Positions 1-9,993 of a stretch of 64,000 nucleotides of DNA are shown here, in pieces (within the stretch, counting starts at the first letter, position 1; every line of letters begins with the position of its first letter). Origin of the DNA: an uncultured Acidimicrobiia bacterium (lineage in GTDB: Bacteria; Acidobacteriota; Terriglobia; Versatilivoradales; Versatilivoraceae); NCBI GenBank assembly GCA_963786955.1, contig CAWBAT010000005.1:650860-714859 (forward strand). The letters are read 5' to 3'. Below the pieces are notes generated by a model, which did no database searches, was not told the DNA's origin, and saw only the letters and a program-made list of their open reading frames with translations. A program made the position numbers and the translations under genes.

Positions 1-276
1 CGGGAGCCATAATCCTTCCGCTCACTGTGGGAATCGATTTGGCCATCTGGGCAGCTTTGGGAGTAGCTGCCGGCGGCGGAGGAGGAGGAGGAGGAGGGGG
101 CGGGGGAGCCACAAGATAGGTAACGAACTTTTCCGGATTCAAAGTTTCCGTGAAAAACAGCGGAACTATGATCGCTACGATGAGAACCAAGGAATGGAGA
201 ATGGTCGAAACGATCAATGGAAATATTTTCTTTTGGATTCGAATGTTGGGATTACTCTCAATGAGAAGGTCAAACA
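1..276 (-). CDS. TonB-like energy transducer, N-terminal part (partial; continues past window start)
   Basis: Reverse-strand ATG at 276-274 preceded by AGGAGG. Translation MFDLLIESNPNIRIQKKIFPLIVSTILHSLVLIVAIIVPLFF... gives one TM helix then a Pro10 tract (the GGA/GGC run at 76-108), which is TonB-type architecture. Not in the ORF table because it runs off the edge. Confidence 0.45.
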
Positions 277-375
277 TTTCATCCTCCTTCTAGAAGGAGT
301 TTGTTCGAGGCGGGCGATGCTGAGTCGAAACCGCTTCCTATCCCATTCCTTCCCCCAGCCCACTTGACACAAATT

Positions 376-837
376 TCAGGTCACGAAATCATGTTCTGGA
401 TGTTTCACTGTCAAAACTGGACAGGGCGCCAATCGAACAACTTTTTCGGCGGTCGAGCCAAACACGAGATGGCTGATCCCCTTGTGCCCGTGAGTCGCAA
501 GGGTAATCACATCGATATCCATTTCTTTAGCGCAATTGACAATTTCCAGATACGCCTTCCCGGTCACAAAAAGAGGTTCAGCGTCAATGTTCTTGGCACG
601 TAATTCTTCTGTAATCTGCTCAAGGGTCTTCTTTTCCTGTTCTTGTACCTCAGCACTAAACTCGGGCACCGCGAAATGGTAAGCCTCCATACCCGCCCCA
701 ACAAACGGATGCTCACAGGCATGCATGACATATAATTTCGCCTTGAAGCTTTCCGCAAGGGCGGCGGCATACCGAAGTGCATGTTGCGAGTATTCTGAAA
801 AGTCCGTCGGAAACAAAATCTTTCGGATTTCAATCAT
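376..837 (-). CDS. universal stress protein (UspA family)
   Basis: 153-aa ORF with Usp fold signatures (ILFPTDFSEYS...VMHA...ATHGHKGISHLVFGSTAEKVVRLAPCPVLTV). AGGAGG RBS upstream of the ATG at 837. Confidence 0.85.
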   Translation of the reverse strand: MIEIRKILFPTDFSEYSQHALRYAAALAESFKAKLYVMHACEHPFVGAGMEAYHFAVPEFSAEVQEQEKKTLEQITEELRAKNIDAEPLFVTGKAYLEIVNCAKEMDIDVITLATHGHKGISHLVFGSTAEKVVRLAPCPVLTVKHPEHDFVT

Positions 838-1335
838 AGGAGCCTCCTTGCGGGAGCGAGACTAACCTCATTCAATCGGCTCAGCGGCCTTATCAATAGG
901 TGTGCATGATGGATACCAAAACAAAACATGAAGGGACAGGTTCGAGATCGGAAGACAGATAAAGCTTTGGAGTAGGCAGCAGAAGAGCAGCTCTCTGCGG
1001 TAATTCACCCGCCTTGGGGCAAAAGAGCCGATGGTTTGATAAGCCGAATTGTGCTATGAAGATATGGAGCACGGAAGGAGTTCCCGCAAGAAGGAGGGTT
1101 GTTCACTGATAGCTCCTTGCCGCTTCACCGCCTGCCGGGGAATAGAGCTAAGGACTTTGACACGAGGATTGGCGGATAGACAAGACCATCCCGCCAACTG
1201 GAAGTTTGCATGCCTAACCTGGCGAGTGTGAATCATTGGAGACCCGCTCTTGGTTTGAAATTTAATTTGAGGTTCATCAAATGATATCGCTTTCGAAGCG
1301 CCTGAATAGAGGCCCGTCACCATCTTAATTTACTG

Positions 1336-2799
1336 ATGCGGCTGGCGAAAAATCCCATTTCGCTTCTCGGAATTATCATCACTACGGTCAGCGGCATCCT
1401 GATATTCATCCTGACCATCATGGGGTTTCTCGAGTACCTGGCTAACCCCTACGTCGGGATCATCACCTTCCTCATCCTGCCTGCCTTCTTCATTACAGGT
1501 TTACTTCTCATTCCGATAGGGATCTGGCGGATCAAGCGCCTCCGCCTCCGCCTGCTGGCCGCCGGGAGCACCGTTCCAGAACTTCAGTTTCCGATCTGGA
1601 ATTTCAATGATGCACGGGTTCGAAGGATTGCAACATTTGTCATCATCGCTTCCGTCGTGAATGTGCTCATCCTATCGACGGCTACCTATAAAGGGATTCA
1701 CTACATGGAGGGTGTCGCTTTCTGTGGAACGGTCTGTCATGCCGTGATGAAGCCGGAGCACACAAGCCATGAAAACTCACCGCACTCCCGCGTAACCTGC
1801 GCCAGTTGCCATATCGGACCCGGGGCACCCTGGTTTGTAAAATCAAAGCTTTCCGGAGTTCGTCAGGTTTTCGCGGTCGCACTCCATACCTATAGCACGC
1901 CTATCGAAACACCTGTCCGGAATCTGCGTCCTGCACGGGATACTTGCGAGCAGTGTCATTGGCCTGAAAAATTTCATGACGACCGAGTAAAAGTGATTCA
2001 AAAATATAAGGACGATGAAAAAAATACCCCCATCACAACGGCATTGTTGTTAAAGGTGGGAGGATCCCGGGACAATGCTCGGAAATGGCAGCGGAATTCA
2101 CTGGTGGCATATGGCTCAAGTCAATAAAGTGACCTATATCGCCGACGAGAAGCGGGAAAAGATTTTCTGGGTTGAACACCAGAACATGAAAGGAGAGGAC
2201 ACTGTCTTTGAATTAGAAAACTCCGGCATCTCACCCCAGGAACTCAGCAAATATGAAAAGAGGGTCATGGATTGTGTTGACTGTCATAACCGTCCGACGC
2301 ATATTTACAAACTTCCCGAAGAGGCAGTTGACCAGGCGATCAGTGCTCATCAGATCGACGAAAGCCTCCCTTTTATCAAGAAGGAGGGGGTGGTTTTGCT
2401 CAGAGGCAAACTATCCGAGTGACGTGGAGGCGAAACGCCAAATTGAGTCCGGAATGATGAGTTATTATCAAAAACTATACCCGCAGGTCTATGAGACCCA
2501 GAAAGTCCAAATTCAACAGGCAATCACGGCTTTGCAGAACATATACTCCCGGAATGTGTTCCCTGAAATGAAAGTTGCATGGGGTACCTATCCAAACCAT
2601 CTTGGGTCATGAGAACTTTCCGGGCTGTTTTAGGTGCCATGACGACAGTCATAAGAGTAAGAGTGGCAAAACGATCACGCAAGATTGTAGTGCATGCCAC
2701 GATCTCCTCGCGGTCGAGGAAGAGAAGCCACTCGCTATTTCTGAAATTTTGCAGGGTAAGAATCCCCGCAATAAATTCCTGGATGGCCCACGGACTTAG
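1336..2799 (+). CDS. membrane-anchored multiheme c-type cytochrome, NapC/NirT-related (ImcH/CymA-like quinol dehydrogenase candidate); frame broken about 3 times
   Basis: Two N-terminal TM helices. CxxCH motifs CGTVCH, CASCH, CEQCH, CVDCH, CFRCH and CSACH are spread over ORFs 1336-2127 (f1), 2075-2422 (f2), 2253-2612 (f3) and 2575-2799 (f1). Together these read as one protein of about 488 aa. Confidence 0.65.
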
Positions 2800-2886
2800 T
2801 ACTCCATTTCATAAATACGGTGATGTATCTTAGTACTGCTATTCGTAATTGCGGTGACGTATCTTAAGAATAGGCGCCGCGTGGGG

Positions 2887-2946
2887 TTGAGGCTTTGAGA
2901 AAGCCTCAACGGCCTACAAAGTTGCAGGCCGGGTCACCGACCCGGC
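2887..2946 (+). terminator. two stem-loops downstream of the cytochrome gene (weak terminator candidates)
   Basis: gttgaggctt-tgag-aagcctcaac (10-bp stem, 2887-2910) and gccgggt-caccg-acccggc (2928-2946). No strong U-tract follows either. Confidence 0.3.
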
Positions 2947-3304
2947 GTTAACGTGATCGAATTTCTGAAAGCCAGACCAAAGTACATCCAAAAATTTGCC
3001 AGACGACACTAAAGCCAGAGTTTACAGGTATGAGGGTCAATTTTTGGTGCAAGTCACCGCTGGACAGAGAAGGCTTCTTGCGCTAAATTAATCAACACAA
3101 TCGGATTAATTTGCAGATTTTCTCAACACAATCCGATTCAATCAGTTAATAATTGTTTACTTGCTCTGCATTCGTAACTGTGGGGGAAATAACCGGCTTT
3201 GGATTAAAACTCCCTCTCCAAGTTCTTTCACAGAAAAAATCTAGCAATCATTTAACCTATTCATAAATAACTATTTAATAGAAAATATTTATTTTTTTTA
3301 CCTT

Positions 3305-3320
3305 TGGCAGGAAGCTTGCG
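3305..3320 (+). promoter_or_regulatory. sigma-54 type promoter candidate (-24 GG / -12 GC)
   Basis: TGGCAG-gaagc-TTGCG at 3305-3320, with GG and GC spaced 12 nt apart and about 45 nt upstream of the TTG start at 3365. An AT-rich region and direct repeats (caacacaatcggatt x2 at 3093-3140) lie upstream and could be UAS sites for an enhancer-binding protein. Confidence 0.35.
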
Positions 3321-3364
3321 AAATTATTCACCAGACAAGTAGGGATAGAAGGGAGAAGGTTGAC

Positions 3365-4324
3365 TTGAAAAGGAATCGTGTAATTGTCATTTTTTTATTC
3401 GTTTTTGCGGCAACCTCGGGAACATGGCTGCTGTTTCATCGAGCTCCACGCCCAGGTTCTCTATCGGATGTCAAGAAACGCCCTGAACTCCGTCCGTATT
3501 TTTTGTCGGCCTTGAAACTAGACCAGCCCATAGCTAAGGTTGGGTCAAATGAACTCAAGACTGATGAATTACGCGATTACCTGCTGTTGACATTTCAGGG
3601 CCAGATGACCCAGGTTTCTATCCCCCAGCCCGATCTGGTGGCAAAAATTTCTGGGGCTCTAGACCGGTTGATTGACGAAGAACTGCTGGCGCAAGCCGCG
3701 CAAAAGGAAGGCCTGAAAAGCTCTTTAGAGGGAGTCGAGAGGAAGCAAGACTTGGCGAAGAAGTATCTTGAAAGCCAGCTCGCAAAAGAGCCGCCCGTAA
3801 GCGACGTTCAGATGCGCGACTTTTACAGAAACCATGGTGAGAAGTTTTTGATTCCAGCCGGGGTTCAACTCCGAGAATTTTTCATACCTTTCACAGGGGA
3901 GAAGAGCAAAACGGGTAAAAAAGATTCTGCTTTTGATCTGGCCAAGGATCTAGCCGATCGAGTCACTAAAGGTGATTCAATCGAAGAGCTCAGTAAGAAA
4001 TATGTTTCAGAAGAGTATCGGGAGAGAACCCAAATTCACCTCTACAAAGGCGGCGTGACAGAACCAGTCGATGATCAGAAGGTGCTGGCGCTCCGACCGG
4101 GTCAAAGCGCCGGGCCTTTCCGTACCGAAGGCGGGTATTCCGTTTTTCAAGGGATCTCCCAGGAACGAAGTCGGTTTATTCCGTTTTACGAAGCCAAGGC
4201 TAAGATTCAATTATTTCTGGAAGCACGTCGGGTCGAGAATTTGAGGCAAAAGCTCGTGGATCAACTGAAGCAGCAGATTCCGATCGAGCGATACGAAATT
4301 GATAAACTGATCACAGTCAGTTGA
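3365..4324 (+). CDS. peptidyl-prolyl cis-trans isomerase, parvulin/SurA-like, secreted
   Basis: 319 aa with an N-terminal signal/TM (VIVIFLFVFAATSGTWLL). SurA-N-like helical region followed by a PpiC-type segment (GGVTEPVDDQKVLALRPGQSAGPFRTEGGYSVFQ). TTG start with GGGAGAAGG RBS. Confidence 0.55.
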   Translation: MKRNRVIVIFLFVFAATSGTWLLFHRAPRPGSLSDVKKRPELRPYFLSALKLDQPIAKVGSNELKTDELRDYLLLTFQGQMTQVSIPQPDLVAKISGALDRLIDEELLAQAAQKEGLKSSLEGVERKQDLAKKYLESQLAKEPPVSDVQMRDFYRNHGEKFLIPAGVQLREFFIPFTGEKSKTGKKDSAFDLAKDLADRVTKGDSIEELSKKYVSEEYRERTQIHLYKGGVTEPVDDQKVLALRPGQSAGPFRTEGGYSVFQGISQERSRFIPFYEAKAKIQLFLEARRVENLRQKLVDQLKQQIPIERYEIDKLITVS

Positions 4325-4517
4325 ATTATGCGAAAGAAAGATCTCGATAAAACAGGTTCCAACGTCTGGGAAGGTTTAGAGTTGTCAGAGAGTAAGTGGG
4401 TCAGGGAGTAGGATGTGGAAACATATTGGGAAGTCGCAGAGAAGATTAAGATTCTTGGCCCAGCGAAGGAATGGTTGTACGAATTCTTAACATTTACGCC
4501 CTTTAACGGAGGATGTT

Positions 4518-6576
4518 ATGGTTAGATCCATATCAAGCCGGGTAGTCATCATATGCACGCTCCTCTTCCTGTTCCTAGTCTGGATATCCATCCCAGTCTG
4601 GGGAAGTACGGTAGGGGACACGAAGCAAGGAGTCCAATTTAACAAGCATGAGCTGAGCTATTATCTCGACCAAAGCCAGGTCAATTTTGTCCGCCCTGGA
4701 CTAAAATTCACGATTAAGGCGGTCACGATTAGCGGCGACTAATAGGATTATCGTCACCTTCTTGATTACCGACAACAATGGCTTGCCTCTGGATCGATTA
4801 GGTGTCTCTACACCGGGGGTGGTCAGCACTAGTTTCATAGCCGCATATATTCCCAAGGATCAATCGCAATATACTGCTTACACAACTCGAATACAAACTA
4901 GTCCTATCAACGGAGTAAAGGCTGTGCAAGCCGGTACGGATTCAGGTGGAACTTATGCACAATTGTCTGATGGCCTGTATACATACACTTTCAATACGGT
5001 GCTGCCCTCAAATTTTGATCGAAACATGACTCATACTGTGGCTCTCTATGGTTCACGCAACCTCAGCGAATTCGATCTTGGGATTCAATATGATAACAAA
5101 ACAATTGACTGGGTCCCGAGCGGTGCTCCGGTCACTGTCGTACGCGACGTTGTCGTCACAGCGACCTGTAACCAATGCCACGATCCTTTGGCACTTCATG
5201 GAGGATCACGACGGGAAATCAAGGTCTGCGTGACCTGTCACACCCCTCAAACTACCGATCCGGATACCGGGAACACAGTTGACATGAAGGTCATGGTCCA
5301 CAAGATCCATGCCGGACCCAACTTGCCTAGTGTCAAGGCTGGGAAACCGTATATTATTATTGGCAATAGGCAATCGGTGAATGACTATTCTAATGTAACT
5401 TTTCCCCAAGAGCTCAACCACTGCGAGGGCTGCCATACTGGCAAAGGCACTCAAGTCAACAACTGGCTCTTGAAACCCTCTCGTGCGAGTTGCGGCTCCT
5501 GTCATGACGATGTGAATTTTGCAACAGGTGATAAACATGCCGGCGGCCCGCAGCCGTCGGACAACCTTTGCGCCAATTGTCATGTTCCTGAAGGAGAAGT
5601 GGATTTCGACGCGTCCATTAAAGGCGCTCATGTGATCCCAACATTATCCAAGGATTTGCCTGGGGTCAATTTTGAAATTTTGAACGTCAAAGACACCAAG
5701 CCCGGCAACAAACCGACAGTTACACTGAAGATCACGGATGACGACGGTTTCCCAATCGAAACCTCTCAGATGAACAGTTTAAGCTTAGTATTGGCCGGTC
5801 CGACTACTGACTACGCAGGCTTTGTGTCTGAAAATGCGCTTACAACTAAAAGCCAGGGTGGCATCCTGAACTATACATTCCTGAAGGCTATCCCTGCGGA
5901 CGCCAAAGGTAGCTATGCCATCTCTGTCCAGGGATACAGAAACATAACGCTTCAACCGGGAACCACTAGTGAGGTCAAGGACGTTCGCGATGCAGGATTC
6001 AACCCAGTTGTCTATGTAGCGGTGACGGATAGCAAGCCTGTGCCCCGTCGCCAGGCTGTCTCTCAAGAGAACTGCAACAGTTGCCATGCTCACCTGGCGC
6101 TCCATGGAGGGTCCCGTCAAAATGTTATGTATTGTGTCATGTGCCACAATGCAAATTGGGATGACAAGGCGCGCCGGCCAGCCGACAAACTGCCAGTCGA
6201 ATCCATCCACATGAAAACCATGATCCATAAGATCCACACTGGGGAAGAATTGGAGAATGATTTTACGATCTACGGATTCGGAAATGTTCCGGTCAACTTC
6301 AATGAAGTAACTTTCCCTGGAGATCGTCGCAATTGTGAGAAGTGCCATGTCAATGAATCTCAACAGCTACCGTTAGCGAAGGGAGTATTGCCTTCGGTGG
6401 CGCCGCGAGATTACATCAACCCGATGAAACCGGCGACAGCTGCTTGTCTCACTTGCCATACCTCTCAAGAAGCTGCTTCCCATGCGCTCTTGAATACCTC
6501 CACCCTTGGAGAATCCTGCAGTGTTTGTCACGGAACAACATCCGAATTCTCCGTTGACAAGGTTCACGCGCGGTAA
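4518..6576 (+). CDS. decaheme c-type cytochrome, MtrC/OmcA-like (probable outer-membrane/extracellular); one frame break at about 4742-4762
   Basis: ORF 4762-6576 has 10 CxxCH motifs (CNQCH, CVTCH, CEGCH, CGSCH, CANCH, CNSCH, CVMCH, CEKCH, CLTCH, CSVCH) in 604 aa. ORF 4518-4742 supplies a GGAGGA RBS and signal peptide, and its sequence joins smoothly (…KAVTISGD | ITDNNGLPLD…). Confidence 0.75.
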
Positions 6577-6596
6577 GTCGTTCGCTCGACCCTTAT

Positions 6597-6755
6597 CCAG
6601 CCGCTCTTCGCAGGGCGGCTGGAGTTTCTTGTTGTGTGAATGAAAGGTATCTTCTCACCCCGACCCCTGGAGGTGAGAAGAAATTGTAGCGGCGCTCTAT
6701 GAGCGCCGACCAAGCCGTTGAGATGAAAAGAAGACGGCGGTCACAGACCGCCGCT
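6597..6755 (+). terminator. four consecutive GC-rich stem-loops between the two decaheme genes (terminator/attenuator or REP-like)
   Basis: Hairpins at 6597-6622 (ccagccgc/gcggctgg, followed by a T-rich run), 6651-6680 (cttctcacc/ggtgagaag), 6689-6709 (gcggcgctc/gagcgccga) and 6733-6755 (acggcggtc/gaccgccgt). Confidence 0.45.
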
Positions 6756-6873
6756 ACAACCAATTCTTTCACGCCTTCCCTCTCCACTTGGTGAGGGGAA
6801 CGAATTGAGGATGACCTGAAAGTGTAACTTTACTTCATGCGTTTGTACGAGACACAAGGACGGAAAGAAGAGG

Positions 6874-7878
6874 ATGCAATCGCTTGCCAACCCATTGTCA
6901 TCAACCGGAAAGGGTGTGAATGTTATGCCCGTTCGTCTCTCTAGGAATGCCGCTTTCATCCTGGCGTTCATGTTGACTTTGGTTTTCCCCAGTTTTGCCA
7001 AAACGCCCAAAAGTCAGCAAGCCGCGCAAGAGCCGAGCCCCAAAGCCATCGTGGCTGAGGCAAAGAACGACTATGTCAGCTCAGCTACCTGCTCTTCCTG
7101 TCATGAGGCTCAAACGACGAAATTCGCAACCAACCCCCACCAAATCCTTGATATGAAGGCGGATAAGGGTTGGAAAGATCGTGCCTGTGAAGCCTGCCAC
7201 GGTCCTGGACAAGCCCATGTCGATGCTGGAGATGGAAGTCATGTCGTTCTTCTTAAAAGCAGCTCGACGAACGCCGAAATCAACAAGACCTGTCTCAGTT
7301 GCCACGCGGACAGCAACACGCAGGCAGGGGGGCCCAACAACTTGCATCGAAAGGAAAACCTGGCCTGCACAGAATGCCACTCAATTCACGAACCCAAGCA
7401 GAAGCAGCATTTGCTGACAGCAAGCGTCGATCGAGTTTGCACGGCCTGCCATAAGGATGTTTTAGCAGCGTTCTATATGCCCTTTCATCATCGATTACTC
7501 GAAGGGGCTATTCACTGTGTAGATTGTCACCAGCCGCACAGCGGCCTGATGCCCAAGATGGCCAGACTTTCTTTTGGAAATGAATCGCCCTGCGTCAAAT
7601 GCCATTCCGACAAGCGGGGGCCCTTTGCCTTCGAGCATCCCGTGATGCGCCTCGAAGGATGTATGGCATGCCACGCACCTCATGGTTCCATTAACTCCAA
7701 GATGCTCATTCGGACGCAACTCAGCTTGATGTGTCTGGAATGTCACACTTTTACCCCTGGAGTTTTGGCCAGTCAGCCTCCATCGTTCCATGATTTGCGT
7801 AGTGCCCGGTTTCGGAATTGTACGACTTGTCACGTCAAGATCCATGGTTCCAATGTGGACCGATTCTTAAGGCACTAA
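6874..7878 (+). CDS. periplasmic decaheme c-type cytochrome, MtrA/DmsE/PioA family-like
   Basis: 334 aa with a signal peptide (alternative start at 6925, MPVRLSRNAAFILAFMLTLVFPSFA). It has 10 CxxCH motifs, 9 of them canonical (CSSCH, CEACH, CLSCH, CTECH, CTACH, CVDCH, CVKCH, CMACH, CTTCH) and one CLECHT. Size and heme count match MtrA-type porin-inserted cytochromes. Confidence 0.8.
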   Translation: MQSLANPLSSTGKGVNVMPVRLSRNAAFILAFMLTLVFPSFAKTPKSQQAAQEPSPKAIVAEAKNDYVSSATCSSCHEAQTTKFATNPHQILDMKADKGWKDRACEACHGPGQAHVDAGDGSHVVLLKSSSTNAEINKTCLSCHADSNTQAGGPNNLHRKENLACTECHSIHEPKQKQHLLTASVDRVCTACHKDVLAAFYMPFHHRLLEGAIHCVDCHQPHSGLMPKMARLSFGNESPCVKCHSDKRGPFAFEHPVMRLEGCMACHAPHGSINSKMLIRTQLSLMCLECHTFTPGVLASQPPSFHDLRSARFRNCTTCHVKIHGSNVDRFLRH

Positions 7879-7890
7879 CAGAGCTAATCC

Positions 7891-9983
7891 ATGCGAAACC
7901 TGAGAAAAATGCGCCAGACGGTTCCTCAGTTCTTTACAGGTTGGGTTCCTCTACGTCTCCATACCCAGCGGCGACGGGGCCCAGGAATGTTTTTCTTCTT
8001 GCTCATACTGAGCTTCGGGGGGAGTTTTCTTCACGCGCAAGAGCGACCGTTTGAAAATCCCAAGTCGGCCCCGGACACTGGCAATCCGGTTCTGATTCGT
8101 GGGATGGAGGCTACCGGGGTCGTCGATGTGGGTTATCGCAGTATTGCCGGATTTAACGGGAGTCAAGACTACTATCGGAGTGTTGTCAACCTGGGTAATG
8201 GCCCACGCCTTCTCTTCGCGAATATGGATTTTCAGAGCCCACTGGGGACCAAGAAATATTTCGACAAGCTTCATTTCGATGCGTCGGCTTGGGGTGGTGA
8301 TCCTTACAACACCATTCGCGTCTATGCGCAAAAAGCCGGAGTTTATGAGTTCAATTTCAATTACCGGAACGTGGATTACTATAATTATATCCCCACTTTT
8401 GCCAACCCTCTGCTGCTCGAAGGAGTCCTGGTAGGTCAGCATTCATATGATACGGCGATTCGCACTATGGATTTTGATTTGACCCTTCGTCCGGGAAAGA
8501 AAATCTCTCCATATTTTTGCCTACTCTCGATCTTCTGGTTTTGGCCCGGGAATCACCACATTCACCGGAGCCGGCAACGAATTCCCCGTTAACAACAATG
8601 TGAGCAACAGTAGTAACTATTATCGTGGTGGTGTGACACTGAATCTTCGCAAGACTAATCTGATCTTCGAACAGGGCGTCGTGTCGTTTAAAGACGATCA
8701 AACGGTTTACTGGCAGGGAGGAGTGAATAAGGGAAACCGTAAAACACCCCTGCTTGGTGAAACAACCTATCTGGATCAACTCGACGAGTACTATCATGTA
8801 CGTGGGACAACTCCAGTCAGCCGATTTCAAATCGTATCGACACCATGGGAAAAATTGACTGTCACCGGCCGGTTCGTCTATACCCAGCCGAATTTAGAAT
8901 TTTGATTATAACCAACGCTCTGCCGGGAATTTTGTTTCTTTTGAGGTGGCAAGGATTTTCACCGGCGATGTCTCTAATGCCGTTTCAGACGGAAAGTTGC
9001 CGCACATTCTGGGAAACGTATCCGTTGAATATCGACCTTGGGAAAGGGTTCGGATAATCGACAATCTGATCACGGACCGATTTCATACCGACCCCAGTTC
9101 TACTCTCGGGCGCACCTTGACTGGTACCGATCCTCTGTCTGGCTCTCCGGACCCTGACGGGACGTTTAGCTATACCACGACAGATTCGAATCGTCTGGCT
9201 GTGAATCTGAATCAAAATCAGTTGGAGGGAATCGTCGATCTCACCTCCAAACTCTCAGTACGAGGCGGTTATCGCTACGTGTGGTCTGATACCCAATTAG
9301 TCTCATTCAATCTGGAGGGCGAAAACCAGGCCATTAGCATCAACCGCAATGTGGCGATAGCAGGGTTTAATTACCGGCTGCAACGTAAGGCCAGCCTGGG
9401 GCTGGATTTAGAGATTGGCCAGGGGAACCGAGTCTTTTCTCGAACGGACATTCTCGATTACCAGAAAGTTCGCATCCGTGGGCGTTACAAGATCTGGAAC
9501 CCCCTGGTGATTAGTGGATCCTATTTTCTGCTGAACTACCAAAACGGCCAGCGGGATATCGATTACAATTTCAATAGTTACGGTTACAGCCTTTCCGCCA
9601 TTGTGGCTCCCAAAGGCGGGAAGCGATTCATGGCGACCTTGGACTATTCCAAAGGCGATCTTAATTCGGATATTCTAATCCTGATTCCTCAAACTCTGAC
9701 GAGGAGTCAATCCATTTATATTGAAAACAGTAATTTCGGAAACTTGAACCTTGATTTCGGGATCTACCGGGGTTTTCGATTTAATTTGGGCGGTTCGGTG
9801 ATGACAACCTCCGGGAATCGTCCGCTGAATTATTATCAGCCCCACGCCGGTTTTCTCATTCCCCTGGGTAGCAAGTTGTATTGGACAACCGAATGGCGTT
9901 ATTACGACTTCAATGATAAAGAATTTGCTTTCCAGGATTTTAGAGTTCACCTGATTACCGCCGGAATTCGATTCCGCTATTGA
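7891..9983 (+). CDS. large outer-membrane beta-barrel, MtrB/PioB-like porin candidate; 2 frame breaks
   Basis: ORFs 7891-8592 (f1), 8600-8905 (f2) and 8946-9983 (f3) are contiguous and together give about 697 aa. Signal peptide MFFFLLILSFGGSFLHAQE. Alternating amphipathic Y/F/N/G-rich strands, with a C-terminus …GIRFRY typical of OM barrels. Sits immediately 3' of the MtrA-like gene. Confidence 0.55.
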
Positions 9984-9993
9984 TTTTTCCGAT

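Noticed and set aside
76-108. GGAGGAGGA… trinucleotide microsatellite
   Set aside because: It encodes the Pro10 linker of a TonB-like protein on the minus strand, so it is a coding feature rather than an independent repeat element.
301-603. 100-aa plus-strand ORF overlapping uspA
   Set aside because: Antisense to a well-supported Usp gene. No RBS or motif.
5785-6363. 192-aa minus-strand ORF inside the decaheme gene. Similar antisense ORFs occur in nuoF (45662-46180), the porin (7951-8442) and the membrane protein (26008-26718).
   Set aside because: Fully nested antisense to strongly conserved genes with no independent signal. Treated as spurious.
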